A stretch of 64,000 bases of DNA from Candidatus Hadarchaeales archaeon (GTDB lineage Archaea; Hadarchaeota; Hadarchaeia; Hadarchaeales; Hadarchaeaceae): positions 2,308 through 66,307 of the forward strand of contig JAWCLG010000005.1 in NCBI GenBank assembly GCA_038851075.1, written 5' to 3'. Below are positions 28,359 through 37,831 of the stretch, piece by piece (the stretch's first letter is position 1; every line of letters starts with the position of its first letter). The notes beneath the pieces are model-generated. The model was not told the origin of the DNA, did not search any database, and worked only from the letters and a program-made list of their open reading frames with translations. A program made the translations under genes and the position numbers.

Positions 28359-28610
28359 ATGGCTGAAAAAATGAAGGAGATCGAGCGCAGCGCTGAGGAG
28401 ATAGTCCAATCTTTTGTGGAGGCCGAGAAGGGGCTGCCACGGCTTGAGGAGGCCTACTACAGTCACAGTGTTTACAACATCGTTCGCGCGGACGGCAAAC
28501 CAACGTCTTCAGCGGAGAGGAAGGTGTTTCGTGAGATATTCATCTCAAACATGCCCTCATCAGACGATAAAGGAAATCTCAAGGTGGAGGTGGCACGTTG
28601 GGTGAAGTGA
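28359..28610 (+). CDS. gatC: Asp/Glu-tRNA amidotransferase subunit C
   Basis: IERSAEEIVQSF...LEEAYY...NIVRAD...N.P...GNLKVE..W resembles Methanothermobacter-type GatC; directly upstream of gatA-gatB. Confidence 0.85.
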   Translation: MAEKMKEIERSAEEIVQSFVEAEKGLPRLEEAYYSHSVYNIVRADGKPTSSAERKVFREIFISNMPSSDDKGNLKVEVARWVK

Positions 28611-29968
28611 CTATGGAGAAGATGAGGCGGATAAGGCAGGGGGAGCTCTCCGCCGCTGAAAATTTGAGCGGGATGCTGGATCGCATAAAAAAACTTGATG
28701 GAGAGATAAGAGCCTTCATAGAGCTCAACCCTAACGCACCTGCGGAGGCCGAACGCATCGACAGAAGGATACAAAAGGGAGAACGGGTCGGGAAGCTCGC
28801 CGGGCTCGTGATAGGCATAAAATCCAACATCAACGTTTTTGGGCTCAGGGCCACCTGCGCCTCACGTACCCTTGAGAACTATATCTCGCCCTACGACGCG
28901 GAGGTTGTAAGGAGAATAAGGGCTGAAGATGGGATCATCGTCGGCATGACAAACATGGATGAGTTCGCGTGCGGTTCCAGCGGAGAGACCAGCGCGTTCG
29001 GCCCGACGGATAATCCCGCGGCCCGTGGATTCATTCCGGGCGGGTCGAGCAGCGGATCGGCCGCAGCGGTTGCGGCAGGATTCTGCGACTTATCACTCGG
29101 ATCGGATACTGGAGGGTCTATCAGAAATCCGGCAAGCCACTGCGGAGTCGTTGGGCTCAAGCCCACCTACGGGCTTGTTCCGAGGCAGGGTTTGATAGAT
29201 CTGGGAATGAGCCTTGATCAGATCGGACCTTTTTCTCCGGATGTCAGCGGTGTGGCCCTCATGTCGGAGGTGATATGTGGCAGATCCGAAAACGAGTGTG
29301 CAATGCTGGACGCAGAGAAGCCTGAGTACCTGAATAATCTTGAAGGCGGCATAAAAGGATTGAAGGTTGGGATCAGTCCAAAGTTCGCAGAACTCACAGA
29401 CTCCAGGATAATGGACGTTGTGGATGCGGCCGTTGAAAAGCTCGAAGACCTTGGCGCCGAGGTGATTGAGGTCGACCTTCCCAACCTCGAGCGAGCGCTT
29501 TCTGCGTATTATCTCATAGTTTCGGTTGAGTTCTTCTCAGCAACGAGGAAGTTCGATGGAAGAAAATACGGTAAAAAGATTGAGGAAGTATGCGGCGAGG
29601 AGGTGCTCCGCAGGATCATAAGGGGCAGCTACATAAGCAGGAAGGAGCACCGCGGCAGGTTCTACCAGAGGGCGCTTCAGGTCAGGACACTCATCAGACA
29701 GGAGCTGCTTGCTGCAGTTGATAAGGTCGATGTGCTTGTAGGACCCACCGTTCCAAAGCTTCCCCACCGCCTTGGAGAAAAAATATCGGTGTCGGACATG
29801 TATGCGTACGACTATCTCACCGTGCCCGCCAATCTGGCAGGAATATGCGCAGGAGTGGTGAGGGCCGGTGATGTAAATGGAATTCCGGTCGGGGTTCAGA
29901 TCCAGGGAAAAATCCTGGGAGAGCTGAAGGTGCTCAGAGCTATGAAAGCGCTGGAGGAAGCTGGATGA
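28598..29968 (+). CDS. gatA: Amidotransferase subunit A
   Basis: Amidase signature: GIKSNI, TNMDEFACGSSG, PGGSSSGSAAAVA and GSDTGGSIRNPAS. Confidence 0.96.
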   Translation: MGEVTMEKMRRIRQGELSAAENLSGMLDRIKKLDGEIRAFIELNPNAPAEAERIDRRIQKGERVGKLAGLVIGIKSNINVFGLRATCASRTLENYISPYDAEVVRRIRAEDGIIVGMTNMDEFACGSSGETSAFGPTDNPAARGFIPGGSSSGSAAAVAAGFCDLSLGSDTGGSIRNPASHCGVVGLKPTYGLVPRQGLIDLGMSLDQIGPFSPDVSGVALMSEVICGRSENECAMLDAEKPEYLNNLEGGIKGLKVGISPKFAELTDSRIMDVVDAAVEKLEDLGAEVIEVDLPNLERALSAYYLIVSVEFFSATRKFDGRKYGKKIEEVCGEEVLRRIIRGSYISRKEHRGRFYQRALQVRTLIRQELLAAVDKVDVLVGPTVPKLPHRLGEKISVSDMYAYDYLTVPANLAGICAGVVRAGDVNGIPVGVQIQGKILGELKVLRAMKALEEAG

Positions 29969-31335
29969 AGGTGAAAATAGGCTTTGAGATACACCTGCAG
30001 CTTGCGACCGACAGGAAGATGTACTGCAATTGTCCGACCAACTATCAGGAGGCCAAACCCAACACCAACATATGCCCGATATGCACCGGCACGCCGGGCG
30101 CAAAGCCTCTTCCTCCAAACGAGAGCGCGATTAACTCGGCAATAGAGATCGCACTGATGCTGGGGTGCAGGGTGCACTCTGGCGAGGTGATATACATACA
30201 GCGTAAGCACTACGATTATCCTGATCTGCCATCGGGTTATCAGCGCACCAGTCTTCCGATATCTTCCGGAGGAGAGCTTGAGGGAGTCAGAATAAGGGAG
30301 CTTCATTTTGAGGAGGACCCGGGCCAGTATGATCCGGTTTCAGGAACCGTGGATTTCAACAGATCAGGGGTTCCTCTTGTTGAGATAGTGACCGAGCCCG
30401 ACATAGAGTCCCCGGAACACGCCAGGCGGTTTTTGCGATCTCTGATGAGGGCACTTGAGTACACAGGAAAGGTCAGGCCTGAGGCCGGAGGTGCAATGAG
30501 GGCGGATGTTAACATATCGGTTGAGGGTGGTGGAAGGGTGGAGATAAAGAACATAAATTCGGTGAGGGGGGCCTACAGAGCGTTGAAGTATGAGATAATG
30601 AGGCAGGGCAAAATGTTCAGGAGGGGTGAGAGCGTTGTTAGGGAGACGAGGGCTTATCTTGAAAGTCAGATGGTGACGGTGCCCATGAGAACCAAGGAGA
30701 CTGAGGAGGACTACCGCTATATCCCTGACCCTGACATCTATCCGATCATAATCGAAAAATCAAAGGTGGATGAAATAAGAAGTAAGATGCCCGAGCCTCC
30801 AATCATGAGGGAGAAGAGACTTTCACAGCAGTATGGCATTCCCTCAAACGTTGCGGAGGTCATTTCGAGCGAGCGTGAGCTGGCAGACCTTTACGAGGCA
30901 GTGGCCATAAAGGTCGATCCGGGGCTTGCAGCCACATGGTTCAGAACAAAGCTGAAGAAGATCATGAACTATATGGGCATCCGTGCGGTTGATTTGAAGT
31001 TCACGCCTGATCAACTCGCCAAAGTTCTGAATATGGTACAGTCAGAAAAATTGACTCCGGAGCAGGGTGAGCTTGTGCTCAGGGAACTTGCCAGAAATCC
31101 AGATGAGCCGGAAAGGATCGTGAAGAGGCTGGGGCTTGCGCCTGTTGGTGAGAACGAACTGAGGGCAGAGGTCGAAAGAGTGATTGCGGAGAATGGCAGG
31201 GCCGTGCAGGACTATATTTCCGGTAAAGATGAGGCCCTCAATTTCCTGACCGGGAAGGTTCTAAAAGCGGTGAAAGGGAGAGCAGACCCGAGAGTTGTCG
31301 GGGAAATGATAAAGAAGGCGTTGGATCGAGTTTAG
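29965..31335 (+). CDS. gatB: Amidotransferase subunit B
   Basis: KIGFEIHLQL, RKHYDYPDLPSGYQ, DFNRSGVPLVEIVTEPD, RADVNIS, VEIKNINS and YRYIPDPD motifs. Confidence 0.97.
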   Translation: MKVKIGFEIHLQLATDRKMYCNCPTNYQEAKPNTNICPICTGTPGAKPLPPNESAINSAIEIALMLGCRVHSGEVIYIQRKHYDYPDLPSGYQRTSLPISSGGELEGVRIRELHFEEDPGQYDPVSGTVDFNRSGVPLVEIVTEPDIESPEHARRFLRSLMRALEYTGKVRPEAGGAMRADVNISVEGGGRVEIKNINSVRGAYRALKYEIMRQGKMFRRGESVVRETRAYLESQMVTVPMRTKETEEDYRYIPDPDIYPIIIEKSKVDEIRSKMPEPPIMREKRLSQQYGIPSNVAEVISSERELADLYEAVAIKVDPGLAATWFRTKLKKIMNYMGIRAVDLKFTPDQLAKVLNMVQSEKLTPEQGELVLRELARNPDEPERIVKRLGLAPVGENELRAEVERVIAENGRAVQDYISGKDEALNFLTGKVLKAVKGRADPRVVGEMIKKALDRV

Positions 31336-32540
31336 CCGTACATCTTCTCCGCTTTCAGAGAAAATTCGGTAACCTCGGTTAACCTCGCGGTGGGCAGCAC
31401 TTTTTTTATTGCCTTTTCGAAATCAGACTGCTCGACAACCTCTCGGCCGTTTCTTATCGCGAACATTCCAGCTTCAGTGCATATCGCCTTTATGTCCGCG
31501 CCTGTTGCTCTTTCCGTGCCCTTAACAAGCGCTTCGAGGTTGACGTTTTTCGACAGGTTCATGTTCCGCGTATGTATGCCGAATATCGATCGACGAGCTT
31601 TTTCGTCTGGTATCGGGAAGTGTATCAGACGGTCGAACCTTCCAGGTCTGAGAAGTGCGGGGTCAAGTATATCGGGCCTGTTCGTGGCTCCCAGTATCCT
31701 CACCTCTCCCCGCGGATCAAAACCGTCTATCTCCGCTAGGAGCTGCATGAGGGTCCTGTGCACCTCCCTGTCACCGCTTGTCGATGTGTCCAGTCTTCTG
31801 GCTCCTATGGCGTCAAGCTCATCAAGAAAAACTATGGATGGCGCCCTTTCCCTGGCTAGTTCAAACATCTCACGCACCATCCTTGCGCCCTCGCCTATAT
31901 ACTTCTGAACCAGTTCGGAACCTATGGCCCGTATGAAGGTGGCCTTTGTTTCATGGGCAACCGCTCTCGCAAGCAGCGTTTTTCCGGTACCTGAGGACCC
32001 GTACAGCAGTACTCCTCTGGGAGGGTCTATCCCGACCTTTTGGAACAGTTCCGGTTTGAGAAGGGGGAGCTCCACGGTTTCCCGTATCTCTCTTATCTGA
32101 TCCTCCAACCCGCCGACATCAGAGTAAGTCACGCTTGGGGCCTCTTCGACCTCCATTCCGAGAACAAACGGGTCTTTTTTGGAAGGCAGCACCTCGACTA
32201 TGCTCAGGCTTCTCTGGTTGAGAGCGACCCTGGTCCCCGGCGTCAGCTCTTCACGCTTCATGAACTGCGACACGGTGACCACGAAGTGAGGACCCGCGCT
32301 GCTTCTCACAATCGCCCTCCCATCGGGCAGCGTTTCCACTATCGTGCCGGCGATCAGAGGTGGCGATCTCATTCGCTCGAACTCCGCCTTCAGTCCGGCG
32401 AGTTCGCGATCGAGCTTGAGGTAGCGCCCCTCCATCATTCGTTTTTCGTGCTCCAGATCCCTTATGCGTCGCTCGAGACTCTGTATATAATCGGCGACGT
32501 AGTTGGTTTCCCCGCTGCCATCCGCCCTTGACTCAGACAA
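31332..32540 (-). CDS. pan: Proteasome-activating nucleotidase PAN
   Basis: N-terminal coiled coil plus OB domain (SPPLIAG), Walker A GSSGTGKT, QKYIGEG, LDELDAIG and RPGRFDR; HbYX C-terminus MYG. Confidence 0.97.
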   Translation of the reverse strand: MSESRADGSGETNYVADYIQSLERRIRDLEHEKRMMEGRYLKLDRELAGLKAEFERMRSPPLIAGTIVETLPDGRAIVRSSAGPHFVVTVSQFMKREELTPGTRVALNQRSLSIVEVLPSKKDPFVLGMEVEEAPSVTYSDVGGLEDQIREIRETVELPLLKPELFQKVGIDPPRGVLLYGSSGTGKTLLARAVAHETKATFIRAIGSELVQKYIGEGARMVREMFELARERAPSIVFLDELDAIGARRLDTSTSGDREVHRTLMQLLAEIDGFDPRGEVRILGATNRPDILDPALLRPGRFDRLIHFPIPDEKARRSIFGIHTRNMNLSKNVNLEALVKGTERATGADIKAICTEAGMFAIRNGREVVEQSDFEKAIKKVLPTARLTEVTEFSLKAEKMYG

Positions 32541-32584
32541 TTTTTCACACCGATTATTAATTTCACCCTTTCTGCTAATAAGCC

Positions 32585-34348
32585 TTAGAGTACCTGCGCT
32601 CTCCTCTTTGCGAGGTAAACGGCAAATGCCAAGACGACGACGGCAGCGGTAACGAACGCCACGGGCATCAGCGGCGACTGTTCTGTTTCCTCAATATTGC
32701 ACAGCGATTCGATGACTGCATAGGAATTCCAAAGCGAATTTTTGGAGTGAATAAGGACAAGCTGATAGTTTCCGGAGCCCTTCGCCAGCGATATCTCATC
32801 AACTGCGGATTTGAGGAGGGCGGCAGTGTTCTCATCGCCGTATTTTTTGACCAGGTTATCCGCAGTGCCACATGCGAGTTCCGCCGCTTTTAAAAGGCTC
32901 ATCGCGTATTCCTGAACGCTCAGGGTTCTCATGGTGACATTTTCAGAAAACGAGATCGATTGTCCTCTGTATGCAACGTTCACGCATGATTCCCCAGAGC
33001 TCAGCCCTCTAATGCAGCGCGCCAGATGGATGGAGTCCTGCCTGGAAAAATAGTTCTCGCCCCTGTTTCCCCAGGTCGGGTCCGTGACCAGCCATCCCAC
33101 CCCTGGAGCGTAGAACTGGGCCCACGCGTGCCCGGTAACGTTTTCTTCGGAATATCCCCAGCCGTAGATCGCTCTGGCAGGAACACCTGACGCCCTGCAG
33201 AGCGCTATGAAGAGATCCGTGAACTCGCTGCAGTCTCCCCTCAGGTTACTGAGCGTCCAGAGCGCCCCCATTCTTGCGTCCTGCTTTTCGTACTCCAGAT
33301 TTGAACTCACGAAGTTGTACATCTCTCTGGCTATCAGAAATGCGTTTACAGCGGTCCCCGCGAGTTCCCGGGCCTTGGTCGATATTTGTGGGTCGGAGAC
33401 CTCCCAGCATTCATCAGGTTTCAGATATCCCCCGAGGCTTTCCCCAACCTCGGATATGGTACCAGAGTCCTCCGGGGATATTTCAGGGTCATAAACCGAT
33501 TCCTCATAAAGAACTCTTATCTCCAGAATTTTTGTTTCTCCGGCTTTCAGCGTTCCGATCTTGAACACGCCGTGATAGTTGTTCTCCTCATCTGTGTACA
33601 TCCTGGACAGGGGAAAGTTTGACTCCAGGAGGGCTGAAAATTGCCAGTCGACTTTGGGGAACAGCACCGAGTCCAGAGACACGTCAGTTGCGTCCCCCAA
33701 GCCGCTGTTGTACAGCTCCGTGGTCATTGTCACTGCATAGAAAACTTTGGGCACGTAGAAGCTGACCAGCAGGCCTTCAAACTTTCCAGGGGCGCTCAGC
33801 CTCGTTTCGTATCTGACTGAAGGCGGATCGGTGGAGGTCTGTTCAATGCCGGGCGAGGACGTGAATAGCGCCGTTCCGGGCGGACCGGTTACCTCAACGA
33901 CGTAGTTCTCGTAGGGGTAGCTTTCGTCCCCGAGTTCAATCGAGCCGAGTTTTGCGACATAACCCGGTCCCGCTCCGGAGACCATCCCGCGTGCCGTACA
34001 TGATATCGTGTAGGTGATATCGTCTCCGCGTCTGAGCGTGAAACTCAGTTCTACACTCGTATAATTGTTCTCCTTTTTAACGCTGTAGCTGAGTTCCGGT
34101 GGCCCCCTCACCGTCACCCCTTCGGTTTTCTCGGTCGGTATGTAGTGTTTTATCGTGTAGATCACCGTCCTCGGGAACGGGTTCACCAGTGTGTACTCAT
34201 GACTCAGCAGAACGCTCCGGTCCTCGTTTATCGTGTATGATGCCACGACCCTTCTGTAATAGGGCGTCGGGCCAAGCGCGGAGCACGGTTTCACACAGGC
34301 GGTGATCAGGAGAAGCAGAAGAGCGATCGCAGCGGACCTTCCGTACAT
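32585..34348 (-). CDS. Secreted, C-terminally anchored transglutaminase-like protein
   Basis: Signal peptide, GDCSEF...ALCRASGVPARAIYG...HAWAQ...W...DPTW (Cys-His-Asp), and a C-terminal TM followed by KRR. Confidence 0.88.
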   Translation of the reverse strand: MYGRSAAIALLLLLITACVKPCSALGPTPYYRRVVASYTINEDRSVLLSHEYTLVNPFPRTVIYTIKHYIPTEKTEGVTVRGPPELSYSVKKENNYTSVELSFTLRRGDDITYTISCTARGMVSGAGPGYVAKLGSIELGDESYPYENYVVEVTGPPGTALFTSSPGIEQTSTDPPSVRYETRLSAPGKFEGLLVSFYVPKVFYAVTMTTELYNSGLGDATDVSLDSVLFPKVDWQFSALLESNFPLSRMYTDEENNYHGVFKIGTLKAGETKILEIRVLYEESVYDPEISPEDSGTISEVGESLGGYLKPDECWEVSDPQISTKARELAGTAVNAFLIAREMYNFVSSNLEYEKQDARMGALWTLSNLRGDCSEFTDLFIALCRASGVPARAIYGWGYSEENVTGHAWAQFYAPGVGWLVTDPTWGNRGENYFSRQDSIHLARCIRGLSSGESCVNVAYRGQSISFSENVTMRTLSVQEYAMSLLKAAELACGTADNLVKKYGDENTAALLKSAVDEISLAKGSGNYQLVLIHSKNSLWNSYAVIESLCNIEETEQSPLMPVAFVTAAVVVLAFAVYLAKRRAQVL

Positions 34349-34393
34349 TGCTCACCTTTTTGATTTATGTGGATTAGAATATATCCGGTTCGC

Positions 34394-35440
34394 ATGAGGG
34401 TCGTTCTTGTGGAGCTCAGATCGAAAGGGGAGCGGTCGAGAATGGATGAACTGAAAGCGCTGGTGAAGACGCTGGGGCATGAGATTATAGGTGCAGTTCA
34501 GCAGATCAGAGATCCGGACCCGGCTTATCTGATTGGAAGGGGAAAAGCAAGGGAACTTGCTGATCTGGTAAGGTCAGCGGGCGCGGATCGTGTCGTGTTC
34601 TGGAATCAGCTCACACCGTCCCAGGCCCACAAGCTTTCGAGGTTGGTTGGAAAAGAGGTCATTGACAGGTTTCAGCTCATCCTGGAGATATTTGCCATGC
34701 GCGCGTCTTCCCCTGAGGCAAAGCTTCAGGTTGAATACGCCAGGCTCACCTATGAGCTTCCGAGAATACGTGAGCGTGTTCGTGAGGCGCTCTCCGTTGA
34801 ACAGCCAGGCCTGATGGGAGGAGGAGAGTACGAGGTTAACGTGTATTTCGACATGGTCAAACGGAAGCTGGCGAACCTCAGGAAGAAGCTTGCAGAAATA
34901 AGAAAGGCACGCGAGCAGAGGCGGAAGCTTAGGAGGAGAAGAGGTTTCAGGTTAGTTGCAATCGCAGGTTATACGAATTCTGGCAAGTCGACCCTTCTGC
35001 AGGCGCTCACATCTGCACGTACCGAAATAGACAACATGTACTTTACCACTCTTATGCCAAGAACAAGGGCGGTGAGGGGCGCGAGCAAGGTTCTGGTTAC
35101 GGATACGGTTGGTTTCATGGATGGTCTGCCACCATGGCTGTTCGAGGCTTTTAAGGCCACTCTTGAGGAGGTGTACACTTCCGATCTTGTCCTGCTTGTC
35201 GTTGATGCTTCGGATCCTCTTCCGGAGATGATACGGAAATTCAGGGTCTCGAGAAATGTGATTTCAGAGTACCGGACAAGATCGTTGTTGGTGCTGAACA
35301 AGGTCGACCTGATTGATGATGAGGAACTCGACGAAAAGGTGAATGTTATGCAGGGTCTTTCCGATAGCGTCATACCAATTTCTGCTCTTAGAGGTACAAA
35401 TTTGAACATTCTGGTGGAAAAGATAAGATCCAGCATTTAA
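34394..35440 (+). CDS. hflX: GTPase HflX
   Basis: YLIGRGK, LILEIFAMRA...EAKLQVEYARL.Y, GYTNSGKST, DTVGF, NKVD and SAL motifs. Confidence 0.96.
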   Translation: MRVVLVELRSKGERSRMDELKALVKTLGHEIIGAVQQIRDPDPAYLIGRGKARELADLVRSAGADRVVFWNQLTPSQAHKLSRLVGKEVIDRFQLILEIFAMRASSPEAKLQVEYARLTYELPRIRERVREALSVEQPGLMGGGEYEVNVYFDMVKRKLANLRKKLAEIRKAREQRRKLRRRRGFRLVAIAGYTNSGKSTLLQALTSARTEIDNMYFTTLMPRTRAVRGASKVLVTDTVGFMDGLPPWLFEAFKATLEEVYTSDLVLLVVDASDPLPEMIRKFRVSRNVISEYRTRSLLVLNKVDLIDDEELDEKVNVMQGLSDSVIPISALRGTNLNILVEKIRSSI

Positions 35441-35610
35441 AAGCATAAAAAATGCTTATTTTTATGAAAAACTGTTTTTAAATGAATATTATCAAAAAAT
35501 ACCTATTATACTTATATTTTCAATCATAAATTTAAAATCGGAAAAATTTTTTAAATTTACCCCATTCAAAAATTTTATTAACAAGTTAGAATACAGTTAG
35601 TTGGTAAAAG

Positions 35611-36156
35611 GTGGGGGAAAATTTGGCGAAAAAGAATTCCAACGGGTCTGACCAGCCCTTTGGAGACCCAGTTCTGCTTGAGATTCTGGGGCAGGTTGGC
35701 GGAGTCCATGGGCATGAGGTAGCCAAGACAATAGCCAAGGGAGAACTCACTGACGAGGAAATAGCAAAAAAGACAGGCCTCAGGATAAATCTGGTGCGCA
35801 GGATCCTCTACGATCTGTACGAGAACAGGGTTGTGAACTACAGAAGGGTGAGGGACGAGAACACCGGATGGTACGTTTACTACTGGCAGCTTCAGCCGGA
35901 TAGGGCAATCGACTACGTTAACACAAACCGCAGGCAGCTGCTGAAGAAGCTTGAGGAACAGCTGGAGCGCGAGAAAAATACGATGTTCTTCAGCTGCTCC
36001 AACGGCTGCGTAAAGCTTTCCTTTGAGGAGGCAACCGAAACGGACTTTAAGTGTTCAAAGTGCGGGGAGAGTCTCGAGCAGTACGACAACTCGAACGTTG
36101 TAACGTCTCTGGAGAACAGGGTTAGGGCCCTGAGGGCGCAGCTTCAGGAGAGCTGA
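35611..36156 (+). CDS. tfe: Transcription factor E (TFE alpha)
   Basis: Winged helix TDEEIA...INLVRRILYDLYE...R.RDENTGWYVYYW and Zn ribbon CSNGC...FKCSKCG. Confidence 0.96.
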   Translation: MGENLAKKNSNGSDQPFGDPVLLEILGQVGGVHGHEVAKTIAKGELTDEEIAKKTGLRINLVRRILYDLYENRVVNYRRVRDENTGWYVYYWQLQPDRAIDYVNTNRRQLLKKLEEQLEREKNTMFFSCSNGCVKLSFEEATETDFKCSKCGESLEQYDNSNVVTSLENRVRALRAQLQES

Positions 36157-36177
36157 ATGCGGGCCAGCAGTTACTGG

Positions 36178-37830
36178 CTATCTCTCACCGTCGATCTTTT
36201 GCAGCGAAATTTCAAATGCTGACACGGGATACTCCAGCTCGAATCCAGAGATCACTTTCGGATGTATCTCACCGAGCACTCCAGTTCCATTGCCTTCCAG
36301 CACGATTTCCGCGCATCTCCCATCGATGAAGCTCGGGTGGTCGCATGGTCGAAATTCCGCCGCTGCACCAAGTTCTTTTGTCAGCGCACTCACGACCGAT
36401 TTCATGTAGGCGAGTCCCAGGCCCTCACCTATTGTCACCGCTGAGACCATTCGCTCTTCCATCGCCCCGGTTTCTGCCCCGCTGTTCAGTTTGATTGCAT
36501 CTCCTATCTCAAAAATACTCTGGGGCAGCGGATTTCTCCTGTTTTCTCTCAGGACCTCCATGAGTGATGGGAGTATGGATGTCCTCAGTATTTCATGATC
36601 CTCGGATATGGGGTTCTCTATCTCCACAGCCTCTCCGTGGGTTTGCATCGCATCGAAGTTGCGCTTTTTGCTGGTCAGCGTGTACGTTATCACCTCGGTG
36701 AAACCAAGTCCTACCATCGTCCACCTGATCTTTTCGCACAGTGTTTCGATTTCAAGTTTTTCCCCGGTGGTCGGCACTCTCGGAAGAGTTGGTTGGATTT
36801 TTCCGTATCCGTACCCTATCGCCAGATCTTCGATTATGTCGATCGGGTGGAGTATGTCAGACCGGTATGGCGGTATGGTTATCTCAACCTTATTTCCGCG
36901 TGCTTTTGATCCGTACCGCATCCTGGCTGCGAGTCTAGCCACCGATTTCGCGTCCAATCCGAGTTTCAGAACGCGATTAACATCTTCCACTTTCAGGTTC
37001 AGTTTGACAGGTCTCAGATTCGGGGTTACGACAGTTCTGTTCGGATATTTCACCGCGACGGATTCCAGTTTGAATCCCCTCTCCGCGAGGCCCGTCATCA
37101 CAATGGACAGCGCCCTGTTAACTATTTTTTCGTCTGTCCCAGTTACATCGATGAATAGGTTTTTCGTGCTCTTCTTCACCCTGGTGTCTTCGCTGTTAAC
37201 TATCGGCGGCATGGAAAGAACGGTTCCCTTCGAGTCGATGAGGATCGGATAGGCGCCGAGGCCTTCGAGCAGCTTCCCGTATTCCAGGCCCTTCGGGTGT
37301 TTTGAGAGAACCTCTCTGGGAGTCAGGTCCACCTGAAAGTCGAGTGGAACGAACCTGATCTCATCCGGCCCCACCGTGGTGTACTTTACCGGAGGTTTTA
37401 TTGTGTCAAGATCGTAAACACCTATTGAACCTTTTCTTCGCGATCTGCAGAGGGATGAGTGAAGCTTTTCTTGAACCTGCATCAGCGATGCCACAGCATC
37501 ATCGTTCAGCCTGACGCCCCTGACCACTCCGGCCGCTATGAATTGTCTTACTCTTCTAACACTCCTGTCCACAATCACCTTCAGCCTCGGCGCTCCCGCG
37601 CTGTACTCCGGTAACCCCGCGCGAATTCCGAGGAATCCAGACAGCGCCCGCGCTACTCCCTCAGGGCCGAGCAAATCCGGTCTGTTGTGGAATATGTCAA
37701 GCTTTATGTTTTTTCCAGAGATCTCTGCTTCCATGCCCAGCATCATAAGCGATTCCTGCAGACTGGCGGGACTTATTCTTTTACCGATGAGCGAGCACAG
37801 GTCCCGGTAGCCCAGTTCTATGGTCGGCAT
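36178..37830 (-). CDS. pheT: Phenylalanyl-tRNA synthetase beta subunit
   Basis: MPTIEL, NRPDLLGPEG, LMQVQEKLH, SMPPIVNS, PPYRSDILHPIDIIED and ENPIS motifs. Confidence 0.97.
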   Translation of the reverse strand: MPTIELGYRDLCSLIGKRISPASLQESLMMLGMEAEISGKNIKLDIFHNRPDLLGPEGVARALSGFLGIRAGLPEYSAGAPRLKVIVDRSVRRVRQFIAAGVVRGVRLNDDAVASLMQVQEKLHSSLCRSRRKGSIGVYDLDTIKPPVKYTTVGPDEIRFVPLDFQVDLTPREVLSKHPKGLEYGKLLEGLGAYPILIDSKGTVLSMPPIVNSEDTRVKKSTKNLFIDVTGTDEKIVNRALSIVMTGLAERGFKLESVAVKYPNRTVVTPNLRPVKLNLKVEDVNRVLKLGLDAKSVARLAARMRYGSKARGNKVEITIPPYRSDILHPIDIIEDLAIGYGYGKIQPTLPRVPTTGEKLEIETLCEKIRWTMVGLGFTEVITYTLTSKKRNFDAMQTHGEAVEIENPISEDHEILRTSILPSLMEVLRENRRNPLPQSIFEIGDAIKLNSGAETGAMEERMVSAVTIGEGLGLAYMKSVVSALTKELGAAAEFRPCDHPSFIDGRCAEIVLEGNGTGVLGEIHPKVISGFELEYPVSAFEISLQKIDGER

Positions 37831-37831
37831 A

